This document shows positions 38,716 to 48,803 of a DNA stretch of 64,000 nucleotides, piece by piece. Each line of letters begins with the position of its first letter. Position 1 is the first letter of the stretch. Origin of the DNA: Candidatus Nanohaloarchaea archaeon (GTDB taxonomy: Archaea; Nanohalarchaeota; Nanosalinia; Nanosalinales; Nanosalinaceae); assembly GCA_042218325.1 (NCBI GenBank), contig JBDGRE010000005.1:1-64000 (forward strand). The letters run 5' to 3'. Made by a program: the position numbers and the translations under genes. The notes under the pieces were generated by a model. It was not told where the DNA came from and ran no database searches. It saw only the letters and a program-made list of their open reading frames with translations.

Positions 38716-39564
38716 ATGGCGAACGGTCCACATTGCTCCGACGTCGCGCAGCGATACATACTGCAAGAGATGAGGGCTGTAGGGGCGGGAGCCGAGCTCA
38801 GGGAGGTGACAGATTTTTCATCGTCCCACGATGGAGAGTTCGAATGGAGCGTGGGCGAGGTTTTCCGGGACAGCGTATTGAGAGATTTCGATGCGAAAGG
38901 GCACCGGGATTATCCGCTGGAGGAGCCGGAGTACGGCTTGAGAGCGCTGGACGATATCTATAGTATTATAGAGACGACTTCCGACGGGAGCAAGAGGCTG
39001 GAAGGTCTCCGCGCGCTCGACATCGGCTGGGACTTTCCCGTGGACGGTAGAACCGCGAGAGAATGGAAAAAGAACTACCGGGACACGGGACTCCTTGACA
39101 GAGAAGGAGAAGTCACGCCGGAAGACCGAGTCTTCCTCGACACCGATCCCCGCAACTACCAGCTTGAGGGCGTCGGCGTGGAGGATGTGGGAGAGGTTTA
39201 CCGTGACCTCACCACGAAGAAAGTCGGGGAGAACCGGGCGCCGACCGGCCAGAAGCTGGAGGCGCTGTTCCTCTACAGTACAGGAATGAGCCACAAGGAC
39301 GTCAGCCGGGCCACCGGGCTGGCTTACAGGACTGTCAAGAGCTTCGCCTATACCATGCGGGATGAACACGGGATTTTAACGAACAGCTACAGGTTGACGC
39401 ACGAGGGCTTCGAGTTCGCGAACATGGTGATGGACCAGCTCGACGGTCTGGAAGCCGCGACCGAGGAGAGGATAGACGAGGAGCATGGCGACGATTTGCG
39501 GGTCGCTGACTTGGAGGATTTCCGCGGGAACGGCTACATGGCGAGGGCGCTCGCCGGCAACTGA
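38716..39564 (+). CDS. Hypothetical protein with HTH/winged-helix motifs
   Basis: GMSHKDVSRATGLAYRTVKS HTH; two GLL/GIL...(V/L)T wing repeats. Confidence 0.6.
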   Translation: MANGPHCSDVAQRYILQEMRAVGAGAELREVTDFSSSHDGEFEWSVGEVFRDSVLRDFDAKGHRDYPLEEPEYGLRALDDIYSIIETTSDGSKRLEGLRALDIGWDFPVDGRTAREWKKNYRDTGLLDREGEVTPEDRVFLDTDPRNYQLEGVGVEDVGEVYRDLTTKKVGENRAPTGQKLEALFLYSTGMSHKDVSRATGLAYRTVKSFAYTMRDEHGILTNSYRLTHEGFEFANMVMDQLDGLEAATEERIDEEHGDDLRVADLEDFRGNGYMARALAGN

Positions 39565-39594
39565 TTTTTGAAGCTTTCACTTCATGGTTGTAAT

Positions 39595-41388
39595 ATGGCA
39601 GACGAAATCGTTCCCGACACATCGATACTTATCGACGGAAAGCTCTCGGAACTCGCTGAGAGAGGCGAGATAAAGTCTCCTGTGATGATACCCGAGTTCG
39701 TTGTCGATGAGCTGGAGAACCAGGCCAACCGCAGCCTCGAAACAGGCTACACGGGTATCGAGGAGATAGACACGATAAGAAAGATAGGGGAAAGGGAAGG
39801 TTTCGAGGTCAAGTTCACCGGAAGAAAGCCGACAGAGGAAGAGATAAAACTGGCCGACAACGGCCGCATCGACGCTCTCATCCGTGACCTCGCCGAGGAA
39901 AGAGGAGCGACGCTTTACACCGCGGACGTGGTCCAGGGCAAGATCGCCCGGGCGAAAGGTCTCGACGTGAAGCTGTTCGAACGGGAGCCGGAGACGAAGT
40001 TCCCGCTGGAGGAGTACTTCGACGATGAAACCATGAGCGTGCACCTGAAGCAAGGGGCCGTGCCGAAGGCCAAGCGCGGCATGCCCGGCGAGTTCGCGCT
40101 GGAGAACATAGGCGACAAGAAACTGTCCCGCGGCAAGATGGAGCAGCTTATACAGGATACTATAGAGGCCGCCGAGATGTCGGACAAGGGCCTCATCGAG
40201 CTCCAGAAAGAGGGCGCGACAGTGGTACAGCTCGGCCGTTACAGGATAGCTATCTCCCGGCCGCCGTTCTCGGAGGCTCCCGAGATAACAGCGGTGAGGC
40301 CGGTGGCGAAGGTCGGCCTCGAAGACTACGACCTCTCCGAGAAACTGATGGAGCGGCTTGACGAGACCGCGGAGGGTATCCTCATCGCGGGGGCGCCGGG
40401 CCACGGGAAGTCTACGTTCGCGCAGGCGCTGGTAGAGCACTACGAGGAGCAGGGCAACGTCATGAAGACGATGGAGAAGCCGCGCGACCTCGACGTCGGC
40501 CCGGACATCACGCAGTACGCCGAGCTCGAGGGAGAGATGGAGAACACCGGCGACTTCCTGCTGCTTGTAAGACCTGACTTCACGGTCTACGACGAGGTAC
40601 GGAAGACGAAGGACTTCGAGGTCTACAGCGACATGAGGATGGCCGGCGTCGGCATGATCGGCGTAGTCCACGCCTCGGAGGCCGTCGACGCGGTGCAGCG
40701 CCTGATCGGCCGGGTGGAGCTCGGCATGATACCGCAGATCGTGGATACGGTCGTCCACATCGAGAACGCGGAGGTCGCGAAAGTCTACAAGCTGGAACTG
40801 ACCGTCAAGGTTCCCGAGGGCATGACAGAGGAAGACCTCGCCCGGCCGGTCGTACTTATCAGCGACCTCGAGGGCGAGCCGCAGTACGAGATATACACTT
40901 ACGGTGAGGAAACAGTCGTCATCCCCGTCGAGGCAGAGGGCCGTGAAACCGGTGCGCAGAGGCTGGCCCGGGACCAGCTCGAGCACGTGCTCGAGAAACG
41001 GGGTATAAAGGATGCGGAGATAGAATTCGTGTCCGACGACCAGATCCGGCTGCTCGTTGACGAGGACGACATCCCGCACATCATCGGCAAGGGCGGCGAG
41101 AACATCGACCGGCTGGAAGACGACCTCGGCCTGTCGATAACCGTCGAGCCACGGAAGTCGACGATGAAGAGCGAGACCGGCTTCGGTGTCGAGGAAAGAG
41201 GCAACTCGGTCATCATCTCGGTGGGTGAAGACCTCTCCGGCCAGGAAGTCGACGTCTACGACGGCGACGAGTTCCTGTTCACCGCGACCGTCGGGAAGAA
41301 AGGCGAGGTATCCGTCACCAAGAGCTCGGAGCTCGCATCCCGCATCCTCGGCGCGGAGGAAGCCGGCAGACTGGATGTAAGAGTGTAG
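39595..41388 (+). CDS. PIN-domain ATPase with KH domain (PINA-type)
   Basis: VPDTSILIDG PIN, GAPGHGKST, DEVR, HAS, IIGKGG KH; ATG at 39595. Confidence 0.9.
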   Translation: MADEIVPDTSILIDGKLSELAERGEIKSPVMIPEFVVDELENQANRSLETGYTGIEEIDTIRKIGEREGFEVKFTGRKPTEEEIKLADNGRIDALIRDLAEERGATLYTADVVQGKIARAKGLDVKLFEREPETKFPLEEYFDDETMSVHLKQGAVPKAKRGMPGEFALENIGDKKLSRGKMEQLIQDTIEAAEMSDKGLIELQKEGATVVQLGRYRIAISRPPFSEAPEITAVRPVAKVGLEDYDLSEKLMERLDETAEGILIAGAPGHGKSTFAQALVEHYEEQGNVMKTMEKPRDLDVGPDITQYAELEGEMENTGDFLLLVRPDFTVYDEVRKTKDFEVYSDMRMAGVGMIGVVHASEAVDAVQRLIGRVELGMIPQIVDTVVHIENAEVAKVYKLELTVKVPEGMTEEDLARPVVLISDLEGEPQYEIYTYGEETVVIPVEAEGRETGAQRLARDQLEHVLEKRGIKDAEIEFVSDDQIRLLVDEDDIPHIIGKGGENIDRLEDDLGLSITVEPRKSTMKSETGFGVEERGNSVIISVGEDLSGQEVDVYDGDEFLFTATVGKKGEVSVTKSSELASRILGAEEAGRLDVRV

Positions 41389-41437
41389 CACCTCCTCTCG
41401 TCTTTTTATAGGAGCGGTAAAAACCAGTTCCTGTTGT

Positions 41438-42328
41438 ATGAAGAAGAAGAAGCTGGAGCTGTTATCGGGATCGACGGTCTTCCTGCTCTCAGTGGCCCTA
41501 TTACTGTTTTTCAGGGGCGGTTCTACCTTGCTTCTGGTAGCTGTTTTTGCGGCCCAGTGGACCTCGATACTCGTGTTGATAGGCGCCGTTGACAGGTACT
41601 TGCTTGAAGAATCTGTCTTTGATATAGGCCCGAGAAAGCTATCGGAGCTACTTCTTGGGTCGATAATATTTCATGTCGGACTCGTCTTCTATGGCGGCGC
41701 AGCGATCCGGACGATGTGGTACTATCCCGGTCTTGATTTCCTGGTGTACGCGGCTCTTGCGCCTGTAGGTTACTGCCTCTACGGCCTGGCTCTCTACGGT
41801 CTTTACGAGACCGTGGAACGCGAACTTGAGCCAGTACCACGTGAGAATCACCTCGGAGGATACTATTCTTCGCTGATGAAACTTGAGATAGCTGCCGGTG
41901 TAGCAGGGGCAACAGTATCTACCTATTACATTATCGACCTTGTGTTTACGCATCAGATAGCTCTCGGGGCGATACAGCAGGCTCCGGAACTGCAGCTGCC
42001 TCTCTGGTTCTTCTTCCTCCCCTGGTTATCCATGTTCCTGCTTTTCGACGGCCTGTGTTACCTCAGTGGTAAGACCACGCTGACGCTGAAGACCATCAAC
42101 AGGGACTTCAGCCCGGTGTACGCTATACTGATAGCGAGTGCGATAGGGATTCTCATGATAGAGGTCGTGAACTCGCCTGTAGGCCTGTGGGAGTTCGTGA
42201 ACTGGCCCTACCCGGATTTCAAGATATTCGGTTTGCCGGGGCTGGTTTACGCAGTCTGGCCGCTGCAGCTACCTGCTCTTCTCGCCGTGATACGGTTGAT
42301 TATGCCCGAGGGAGAACGAATCTGGTAG
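41438..42328 (+). CDS. Hypothetical polytopic membrane protein
   Basis: About 8 TM segments; MWYYP and LWEFVNWP repeats. Confidence 0.65.
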   Translation: MKKKKLELLSGSTVFLLSVALLLFFRGGSTLLLVAVFAAQWTSILVLIGAVDRYLLEESVFDIGPRKLSELLLGSIIFHVGLVFYGGAAIRTMWYYPGLDFLVYAALAPVGYCLYGLALYGLYETVERELEPVPRENHLGGYYSSLMKLEIAAGVAGATVSTYYIIDLVFTHQIALGAIQQAPELQLPLWFFFLPWLSMFLLFDGLCYLSGKTTLTLKTINRDFSPVYAILIASAIGILMIEVVNSPVGLWEFVNWPYPDFKIFGLPGLVYAVWPLQLPALLAVIRLIMPEGERIW

Positions 42329-42368
42329 ATGAAAGCTTTTTACAGTAGCCCGACGGGAGTTCAACACA

Positions 42369-43529
42369 GTGAGACAGCTCCAGGTAACGGTACCGGAGAA
42401 GTTCAGGGACGAGGCCGGCGAGATACTTGACGAGTATTCAAGCGATGTCAGCTCCAGCGAGGTCGAGAAGGACGACCGAAAAGCGGTGGAGTTCACTGTC
42501 TCAGCGGAGTCGGAGGATATCGACGAGCTCAGCGAGGAACTGAAAGATATCGAGGACCTGGAAACAGGCGAGCTGTCGATACGTGTGCTTGAGCAGGAGT
42601 CGCTTATAGAGAAAGGCCAGCAGACACGGGGCTCGAGCAGCTCGCTTTCACAGGAAGAGCTCTACTCCAAGGCCCAGGAGTCCGCAGATTTCTCCGGCGC
42701 GCAGTGGGGGCTTATAGCGGTCTCGGCGGCGATAGCCGCCTACGGACTCGCTCTCGACAATGTCATAGTGGTGATAGGTGCGATGATGCTTGCGCCGCTG
42801 CTATCGCCTTTCGTCTCCGCTGCCATCTCGCTCGTTGTCGGCGATAGCAGCCTGATGAAGACCTCATTCGTGCACGGCGCCCTGAGCATACTTCTCGCCG
42901 TGGCGGTGTCCTTCCTGGCTGTTCTCCCGTTCCCCATAGGAGCGAACCCTACGCTGGAGCTGGTGGTTTCCTCCAACGTGCTTTCCGTTCTGCTGTCGCT
43001 TCTCGTCGGGGCTGCAGCTGCACTGTCGTTCGCTACCGGTTTGCGGGACCAGATAGCAGGCGTCGCTGTGGCCATAGCTCTCGTTCCACCTCTCGCGTCT
43101 ATCGGTATAGGCCTGAGGATGGGAGATTTCCTGTTCGTGGGCCGGGCGGCCACGGTGGCTGCGATAAACGTGCTTGCAGTCGTCATATCCGGCTTCGTGA
43201 CGTTCAACCTTCTCGGGCTGAAACCATCCACTTACTACAGGGAACGCGAGGCGGAGAAGATGAGGGCAGTGGTCCCCGCAGCATTCGTCCTGCTTGCGCT
43301 GCTGGCCGCACCCGTCGCCTATTCATCTTACCAGGGCTACCAGGACGTACTCGTGGAGCAGAAGGTCAGGAACTCTGCCAGCGACTACTTCGGCCAGGAT
43401 CTTCTTGACGTGCGCTTCCAGGACGGGACCGCTACCGTCATAGTCATCGGCGACCACAACGCAACGGAGTTCAGCCGCCAGGTCCCGCAGGACATCGACG
43501 TCCGTTTACGCGAGCTCCGCACCGGGTAG
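42369..43529 (+). CDS. TIGR00341/DUF389 family membrane protein
   Basis: IGAMMLAPLLSP, GVAVAIALVPP. Confidence 0.88.
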   Translation: MRQLQVTVPEKFRDEAGEILDEYSSDVSSSEVEKDDRKAVEFTVSAESEDIDELSEELKDIEDLETGELSIRVLEQESLIEKGQQTRGSSSSLSQEELYSKAQESADFSGAQWGLIAVSAAIAAYGLALDNVIVVIGAMMLAPLLSPFVSAAISLVVGDSSLMKTSFVHGALSILLAVAVSFLAVLPFPIGANPTLELVVSSNVLSVLLSLLVGAAAALSFATGLRDQIAGVAVAIALVPPLASIGIGLRMGDFLFVGRAATVAAINVLAVVISGFVTFNLLGLKPSTYYREREAEKMRAVVPAAFVLLALLAAPVAYSSYQGYQDVLVEQKVRNSASDYFGQDLLDVRFQDGTATVIVIGDHNATEFSRQVPQDIDVRLRELRTG

Positions 43530-43560
43530 TTATTTAAAAAAGCGCTGAAAAACCGGTGAT

Positions 43561-43917
43561 ATGGCTATTAGCCAGCTTATACTGGCCGTGAACACCGCAG
43601 GAACCCTTGCCATCGGCGCTATCTGCTTCTTCATCGTCTACACCACTTTCACGGGCATCGAGGACAGCGCGATACAGGAGTTCTCGAAACGGTTCATGAT
43701 GGCGATAGCCGTGCTTATCCTGTACGTCTCTTACTTCACGATGTACAACGCCTTCCTGCAGGGCTCTACAGTCGCCCGCTACCCGCTCTACCTGATACTC
43801 GTCTTCGTGTTTATCTACATGATCTACGCGGCCGTTGGATTCGAGAAAGTGGCAGAGTCTTACGGTATCTCGCAGTCATCCAAGTTGGAGAAGATGGAAG
43901 ACCAGGAGATGGGATAG
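43561..43917 (+). CDS. Hypothetical membrane protein (3 TM)
   Basis: Three hydrophobic helices. Confidence 0.65.
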   Translation: MAISQLILAVNTAGTLAIGAICFFIVYTTFTGIEDSAIQEFSKRFMMAIAVLILYVSYFTMYNAFLQGSTVARYPLYLILVFVFIYMIYAAVGFEKVAESYGISQSSKLEKMEDQEMG

Positions 43918-43969
43918 ATGGTAGGGTAGAACGCGAAGGAAGGGAAAAAATAGAAGATATATGCTGGAG

Positions 43970-45142
43970 CTACCTGTGCTCCGTCCTCCTGTCGTGCTCG
44001 TCACGGATTATCCGGTTGAGCTCGTTGAGGGCCTCGTCGAGAGCGTCCATCAGTTCCCAGCCCTCCTCGTTTACCGCGGTTACGCCATACTCGCTGACTA
44101 GTTTCAGGTCGAGTTGCCAGCGGTGCTTCTTGCCGTCCTTCTCCGCCTTTTTTACACGGAGAGTTAGGTCCTGAGGCTTCTCAAGCTTGCGGCCGAGCGA
44201 GCCCTGCAGCTGGTTGCGGAGCTTGTTGTGGATGACTGCCTTCTCCTCTGGCAGGTCGACTCCTGTCAGCTGCACCAGTATGGTCTGCTGCTGTGCAAGG
44301 TCCGCTAGGTGGCCTATCAAGTCTTTCGACGTGATGATGGCCCCCGGGTAGCCGCTTTCCACGAAGATGATGTCGTCTTCACCGGACTCCTTCATCCTGT
44401 CAACGGCTTCCGAGGCCGGCATGTGGTCCTCGCTTGTCTGAGGGTTCTCGTGCATCAGCTGGTCCGCGGTTATGTCGGACATCCTGTCCTTTTCCTTCCC
44501 GCCAGCGATGTTGACCTCTTTCCTACCGGAACGGTCTCCTGACGTCCCTCCGGCTGACTGCTTCTCCCTCTTTATCATCATCCGGAGGATATCTATGCTG
44601 TCGATGATGCCTGCAAGTTCGCCCTCGCTGTCAAGGACAGGCACCCGGGAGATGTTGTTGTCAAGCATGGCGTGCCGGACACGGTCGAGCGAGTCGTCCT
44701 CGCTGACCGTCACAAGTTCCCGGGTAGCAAGCCTGCCGGTTTGAACGTCCTCAAGCTCGTCGACGCCGTCGAGCGCCTCTATGAACTCGCTGTCACCGAT
44801 GACTCCCTCGAGCTTCCCGTCGTCGAGCAGTACAAGCATCTTCCGGCCCGAGTTGATGCGCAGGTCCGCTATGTCGACCAGGTTATCGCCTGCCTCGAAC
44901 TCCGGCGGCTGGTGCATGACCTTGCCTGGCGCGGTTATCTCCGGGTTGAACTGGACGAAACGCACCAGTTCCCTGTAACTGATGGCTCCCTCGAAATCGC
45001 CGTCCTCGTCTACTACGGGGATGGCTCGGAGGTCGTTCTCCTCCATCCTGTTCTTTATCTGCGATATAGATTCCTCGGTCGTCGCGGTTACGTGCGACGT
45101 GTTCATGACCTGTTCCGCCGATATCTCGAAAGCGGAAGTCAT
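43970..45142 (-). CDS. 4xCBS-domain protein with a C-terminal HPF/RaiA-like domain
   Basis: Four CBS repeats; C-terminus LTLRVKK...WQLDLKL...EGWELMDALDEALNELNRII. Confidence 0.75.
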   Translation of the reverse strand: MTSAFEISAEQVMNTSHVTATTEESISQIKNRMEENDLRAIPVVDEDGDFEGAISYRELVRFVQFNPEITAPGKVMHQPPEFEAGDNLVDIADLRINSGRKMLVLLDDGKLEGVIGDSEFIEALDGVDELEDVQTGRLATRELVTVSEDDSLDRVRHAMLDNNISRVPVLDSEGELAGIIDSIDILRMMIKREKQSAGGTSGDRSGRKEVNIAGGKEKDRMSDITADQLMHENPQTSEDHMPASEAVDRMKESGEDDIIFVESGYPGAIITSKDLIGHLADLAQQQTILVQLTGVDLPEEKAVIHNKLRNQLQGSLGRKLEKPQDLTLRVKKAEKDGKKHRWQLDLKLVSEYGVTAVNEEGWELMDALDEALNELNRIIRDEHDRRTEHR

Positions 45143-45144
45143 TT

Positions 45145-45645
45145 TTAATCCACCAGGAATTTCTCGGGCTTGTCGTCCATGTCGAGGAAGTTGTCCGCAG
45201 CCTCTCGGATCTCTTTCGCGGATGACTTTCCGAACGCCATAACCTCGACCCGGCATCCTTCTGCCTTGAGGTGGTCGACGATGGCCGTGAAGTCACCGTC
45301 TCCCGTTACGAGGACGACCGTGTCGAGCTTCTTGGCCTGCTGCATCATGTCGACAGTCATGCCGAGGTCCCAGTCTCCCTTCTTCTGTCCGCCGTAGAAC
45401 TCCTTCAGCTCCTTTATCTTGACCTCGTAGCCGATGCGGCGGAGTGCCTCGAAGAAGTCTTCCTCGTCAGGCGTGTCTGCCTTGATGACGTACGCGCTCG
45501 CTCTCACGAGGGCGCGGTTCATCACCGCCGCGTCGAGCAGTTTCTGGAAGTCTACCTTTGCATCGTATAGATTTTTAGCGCTGTAGTACATGTTTTGTAC
45601 GTCGACGAAAACGCCGACTCTCTGGTCCTTGTGTATATCTGACAT
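45145..45645 (-). CDS. NYN-domain (LabA/DUF88) protein
   Basis: VFVDVQN, KGDWD, VTGDGDF. Confidence 0.88.
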   Translation of the reverse strand: MSDIHKDQRVGVFVDVQNMYYSAKNLYDAKVDFQKLLDAAVMNRALVRASAYVIKADTPDEEDFFEALRRIGYEVKIKELKEFYGGQKKGDWDLGMTVDMMQQAKKLDTVVLVTGDGDFTAIVDHLKAEGCRVEVMAFGKSSAKEIREAADNFLDMDDKPEKFLVD

Positions 45646-45734
45646 CCTATTTTACCTCACAATGAGAAAAGCCGAAATTATATCGACTTGCAGGAATAGA
45701 GGCGAGGCACACACTTAAAAGCATAACAGGGCTT

Positions 45735-46697
45735 TCATTGCCGTCCCGGCATCAAATCCAGGAGCCCCTCGAAGGATTTCTTAACCGTCTTGGGCTCGCC
45801 GTGCCGGAAATACTCCATTATACTGCCGGTAACAGCCTGTCGGACGAAGTAGTAAAGCCCGACGTAGGCGACTGCGCCGCCCGAGATCTGGGAGGCCACG
45901 AACAGCGACACCGCCAGCGACTTCGAAGAGGACACGAACCCGAGTGCGCGGGCCTGAGGCTCCATCGAACCCGCGTACCGTGACGCGTAGTAGGCAACGG
46001 TGAAACAGGCCGTTGTGAAGCCGGCCATGAGGACTATAGCGAAGCCGGCCGCCTGCAACATCGCCGCCCCGCGCCAAGCATACACTAAGCGGAACTGGAC
46101 GGCCATGACCATGACGAGCAGCCACAGCCCAACCTTGGAGAAATGGTGTTTCATGTCCTCCATCAAAACGTTCTCGAACCTCTGCGAGAACAGCCCGGCC
46201 GCGAGCGGGAGGAAGAGGAACGCCAGGTTCTTGACAGCCACTGCCCTGAAAGGTAATGAGGCAGGGAAACCGAGCAGCAGGACCGGTATGACCACGAAGC
46301 CGGCCAGTAGGGATGTGCCCGAAACTATAAGCGCCAGGTCACCTTCTCCCTTCGAGAGATTTGAGAAAACGACGGGTGAGCCTATCGCGGCCGCCGAGAC
46401 ACCGATCGCTATGAACGCGTCACCGAGCGCCCCTCCGACAGCGGTGTAAACCAGGAATGCAAGCGCCGGGGCGAGCAGGTAGATAGCGGCGAGGCCGAGC
46501 AGGACTTCCCTGCGGTGCTGGCCGCATCTTTTCAGTTTGTCGATATCAAGGTGAAGCCCCATCAGGAAGAAAAGTATGGATAAAAGGCCTGTGAAGAGGG
46601 CGTTGGACACCAGGTCTCCCGAGACGAAGTAGGCGAGGACTCCCGCGCCTATCACTATCGCCAGGAACTCCAGGTCGAGCCTGATGCCGTGCTTCAT
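45735..46697 (-). CDS. Bile acid:sodium symporter family protein
   Basis: FFLMGLHL, P-loop GSPVVFSNLSKG, KSLAVS; about 10 TM helices. Confidence 0.75.
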   Translation of the reverse strand: MKHGIRLDLEFLAIVIGAGVLAYFVSGDLVSNALFTGLLSILFFLMGLHLDIDKLKRCGQHRREVLLGLAAIYLLAPALAFLVYTAVGGALGDAFIAIGVSAAAIGSPVVFSNLSKGEGDLALIVSGTSLLAGFVVIPVLLLGFPASLPFRAVAVKNLAFLFLPLAAGLFSQRFENVLMEDMKHHFSKVGLWLLVMVMAVQFRLVYAWRGAAMLQAAGFAIVLMAGFTTACFTVAYYASRYAGSMEPQARALGFVSSSKSLAVSLFVASQISGGAVAYVGLYYFVRQAVTGSIMEYFRHGEPKTVKKSFEGLLDLMPGRQ

Positions 46698-46739
46698 AGC
46701 TGGAATTGGTCGCGACCTGTTTATTAAGTTGCCAGTAGC

Positions 46740-47297
46740 TCAATCCACCGACCGCCAGAGGTACAGGGATGCGAGGCTCCGGTAGGGTCGCCAGTCCTCC
46801 GCCCGTGAAACCATCTCCTCCCTGTCCTCGATGCCGTAAAGCTGCTGCATCGCGTTTCCTATGCCCAGGTCCTCGACGGGGAACACTTCTTCACGGCCGA
46901 GCACGAATATCAGGAACATCTTCGCCGTCCAGTCACCGATTCCGTGTATCTCCGTCAGCTCCTCGACGACCCCTTTATCGCTCATGTCTGAGAACTTTTC
47001 CGTGTTCAGGTCGTCTTCGATGAAATGCCTGGCCGTGCTTTTCAGGTAGTCGACCTTCTGCCGGGAGAGACCGATATCGTTTAGCTCTTCCTCGTCTGCG
47101 TCGAGCAGCGCCTCTGGCTCGATGGTGAAGTTCTCGAAGAGTCTCTCGCGTATCGCGGCGGCGCTCTGCGTCGACAGCTGCTGGTTGACTATGGAGACCA
47201 CGAGGCGTTCGAACGGTTCCCCGGAGGCCTCGAGCTCAAGCTCGCCGTATTGTTCGATGAGTCCCGAGAGCTCCCTGTCTTTTTCCAGCGGCTCCAT
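46740..47297 (-). CDS. alkA: DNA-3-methyladenine glycosylase II (AlkA family)
   Basis: IVNQQLS, GLSRQK, HGIGDWTA, FPVEDLG, WRPYRS. Confidence 0.88.
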   Translation of the reverse strand: MEPLEKDRELSGLIEQYGELELEASGEPFERLVVSIVNQQLSTQSAAAIRERLFENFTIEPEALLDADEEELNDIGLSRQKVDYLKSTARHFIEDDLNTEKFSDMSDKGVVEELTEIHGIGDWTAKMFLIFVLGREEVFPVEDLGIGNAMQQLYGIEDREEMVSRAEDWRPYRSLASLYLWRSVD

Positions 47298-47299
47298 CT

Positions 47300-48139
47300 C
47301 TACTCCCGCAACTCCTTGATGCGCTCCAGGTTCTCCGCGTATCCGCAATCTTCGGTCACCGGCGTCTCGAGTATCATCGGTTTCTCCGCTAGTTGCGAGT
47401 TGACCACGTTACGGAAGCCTTCGTCGCCTATCTCTCCCCTGCCGATGTGCTGGTGGTTGTCTTTCTCGCTGCCTTTCGGGTCTTTCGAGTCGTTGAGGTG
47501 CACGACTTTTACCGTCTCGAGGCCGAGATCTTCCTTGATTTCCTGGAGCATGTCCTCGAATCCCTCGCCCGAACACAGGTCGTAGCCCGCGGCGTGGGCG
47601 TGGCAGGTGTCGATGCAGACCCCTATTTTCTCGTCAGGGGTATCAGCGAGCTCTATCATCTGCCGCAGCTCACCGAAGCTCTTGCCGAGCGTCGTGCCTT
47701 TCCCTGCGGTGTTCTCCAGCAGCAGGGTCACGTTCCCGGGTATATCCAGCGTGTCGATGCCCTCCGCGATCCGCTCGATACCGTTCTCCCTGCCCGAGCC
47801 GGTGTGCGCACCGGGGTGGAAAACGACGTACTCCACGCCGAGGGTTCCCGCCGCGTCAAGTTCGGCCTGGAGGCAGTCCAGCGACTTCTCGAACAGCTCG
47901 TCCTTCGGTGTCGCCAGGTTCACGAGGTAGGTGGAGTGGATGACGTAGGGCTCCTGGTCTTTCTCCTCTCTAAGTTCCTGGAAGCTCTCGCCATCTTCTT
48001 CACTGTATCCAGAGACAGACCAGGTCCTGGGGCTGCCCGCGAATATCTGGCCGCAGTTCCCTCCTATCTCCTCCTGTCTCTCCACTGCTTTTTCTACTCC
48101 GCCTGAGATGGATACATGGGCTCCTATCCTGAAAGTCAT
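47300..48139 (-). CDS. nfo: Endonuclease IV
   Basis: GAHVSISGG, HSTYLVNL, FHPG, ENTAG, DTCH, HLNDSK, LETP. Confidence 0.95.
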   Translation of the reverse strand: MTFRIGAHVSISGGVEKAVERQEEIGGNCGQIFAGSPRTWSVSGYSEEDGESFQELREEKDQEPYVIHSTYLVNLATPKDELFEKSLDCLQAELDAAGTLGVEYVVFHPGAHTGSGRENGIERIAEGIDTLDIPGNVTLLLENTAGKGTTLGKSFGELRQMIELADTPDEKIGVCIDTCHAHAAGYDLCSGEGFEDMLQEIKEDLGLETVKVVHLNDSKDPKGSEKDNHQHIGRGEIGDEGFRNVVNSQLAEKPMILETPVTEDCGYAENLERIKELRE

Positions 48140-48227
48140 GATACCAGATTATCCGGTACCACTAAATTAGTTTTCACCACCCCTGCGCCGAAGAATTTAT
48201 ATTGTTAAGATAAAGTAGTAAACAACT

Positions 48228-48794
48228 ATGGAGCGGCTATCACCGAGCTCAGCAGCGACCTACGTGGATGACGTCGAGAGCTTTCTGGATGACAGGTACG
48301 TCGAGGTCGATTCTTACCGGTTCGTTGCCGAACACAGGTTCACGATGTTGAAGGGCGAAGCAGAGAGCGCGGAAGACGCACTAAGAGAGCTGGAGGCCGA
48401 GTACGATGAGCGCCGATTCATGGATGCATCGGATGCGGACTGGTGGGCCGAGATATCCATCGAGGCCTCGATAGATCTTGATTATTCGGCGGTCCTTTTA
48501 CATCCCGAGACACGTGAACTGGAGGCAAAAGCAGTCTGCCGGGAGAACCAGGCTGAGGCTGAAAGATGGATGACCAACATGAACACCGCACTCGACGAGA
48601 GAGGTTTTAGCGTCAGGCAGGAGCGAGACACCAGCCAGGTCGAGCCCCCGGGGCAGGATACCGGTAGAGCCCCGGAGGCGCCTGTCGAAGAGGATAAAAC
48701 AGGTGCCAGGGTAACCGCTGAACCGGAAGAACCGAGAGAGGAACCACGGACGCCTCTATCTGCGGACCCCAGATACAAGTACAGGACAGACTAG
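48228..48794 (+). CDS. Hypothetical protein
   Basis: 188-aa acidic ORF with a disordered C-terminus. Confidence 0.6.
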   Translation: MERLSPSSAATYVDDVESFLDDRYVEVDSYRFVAEHRFTMLKGEAESAEDALRELEAEYDERRFMDASDADWWAEISIEASIDLDYSAVLLHPETRELEAKAVCRENQAEAERWMTNMNTALDERGFSVRQERDTSQVEPPGQDTGRAPEAPVEEDKTGARVTAEPEEPREEPRTPLSADPRYKYRTD

Positions 48795-48803
48795 TTGTGG
48801 GTT

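Noticed and set aside
39577-41391. 604-aa minus-strand ORF and similar long antisense ORFs
   Set aside because: In-register antisense shadows of GC-rich acidic genes, with no motifs.
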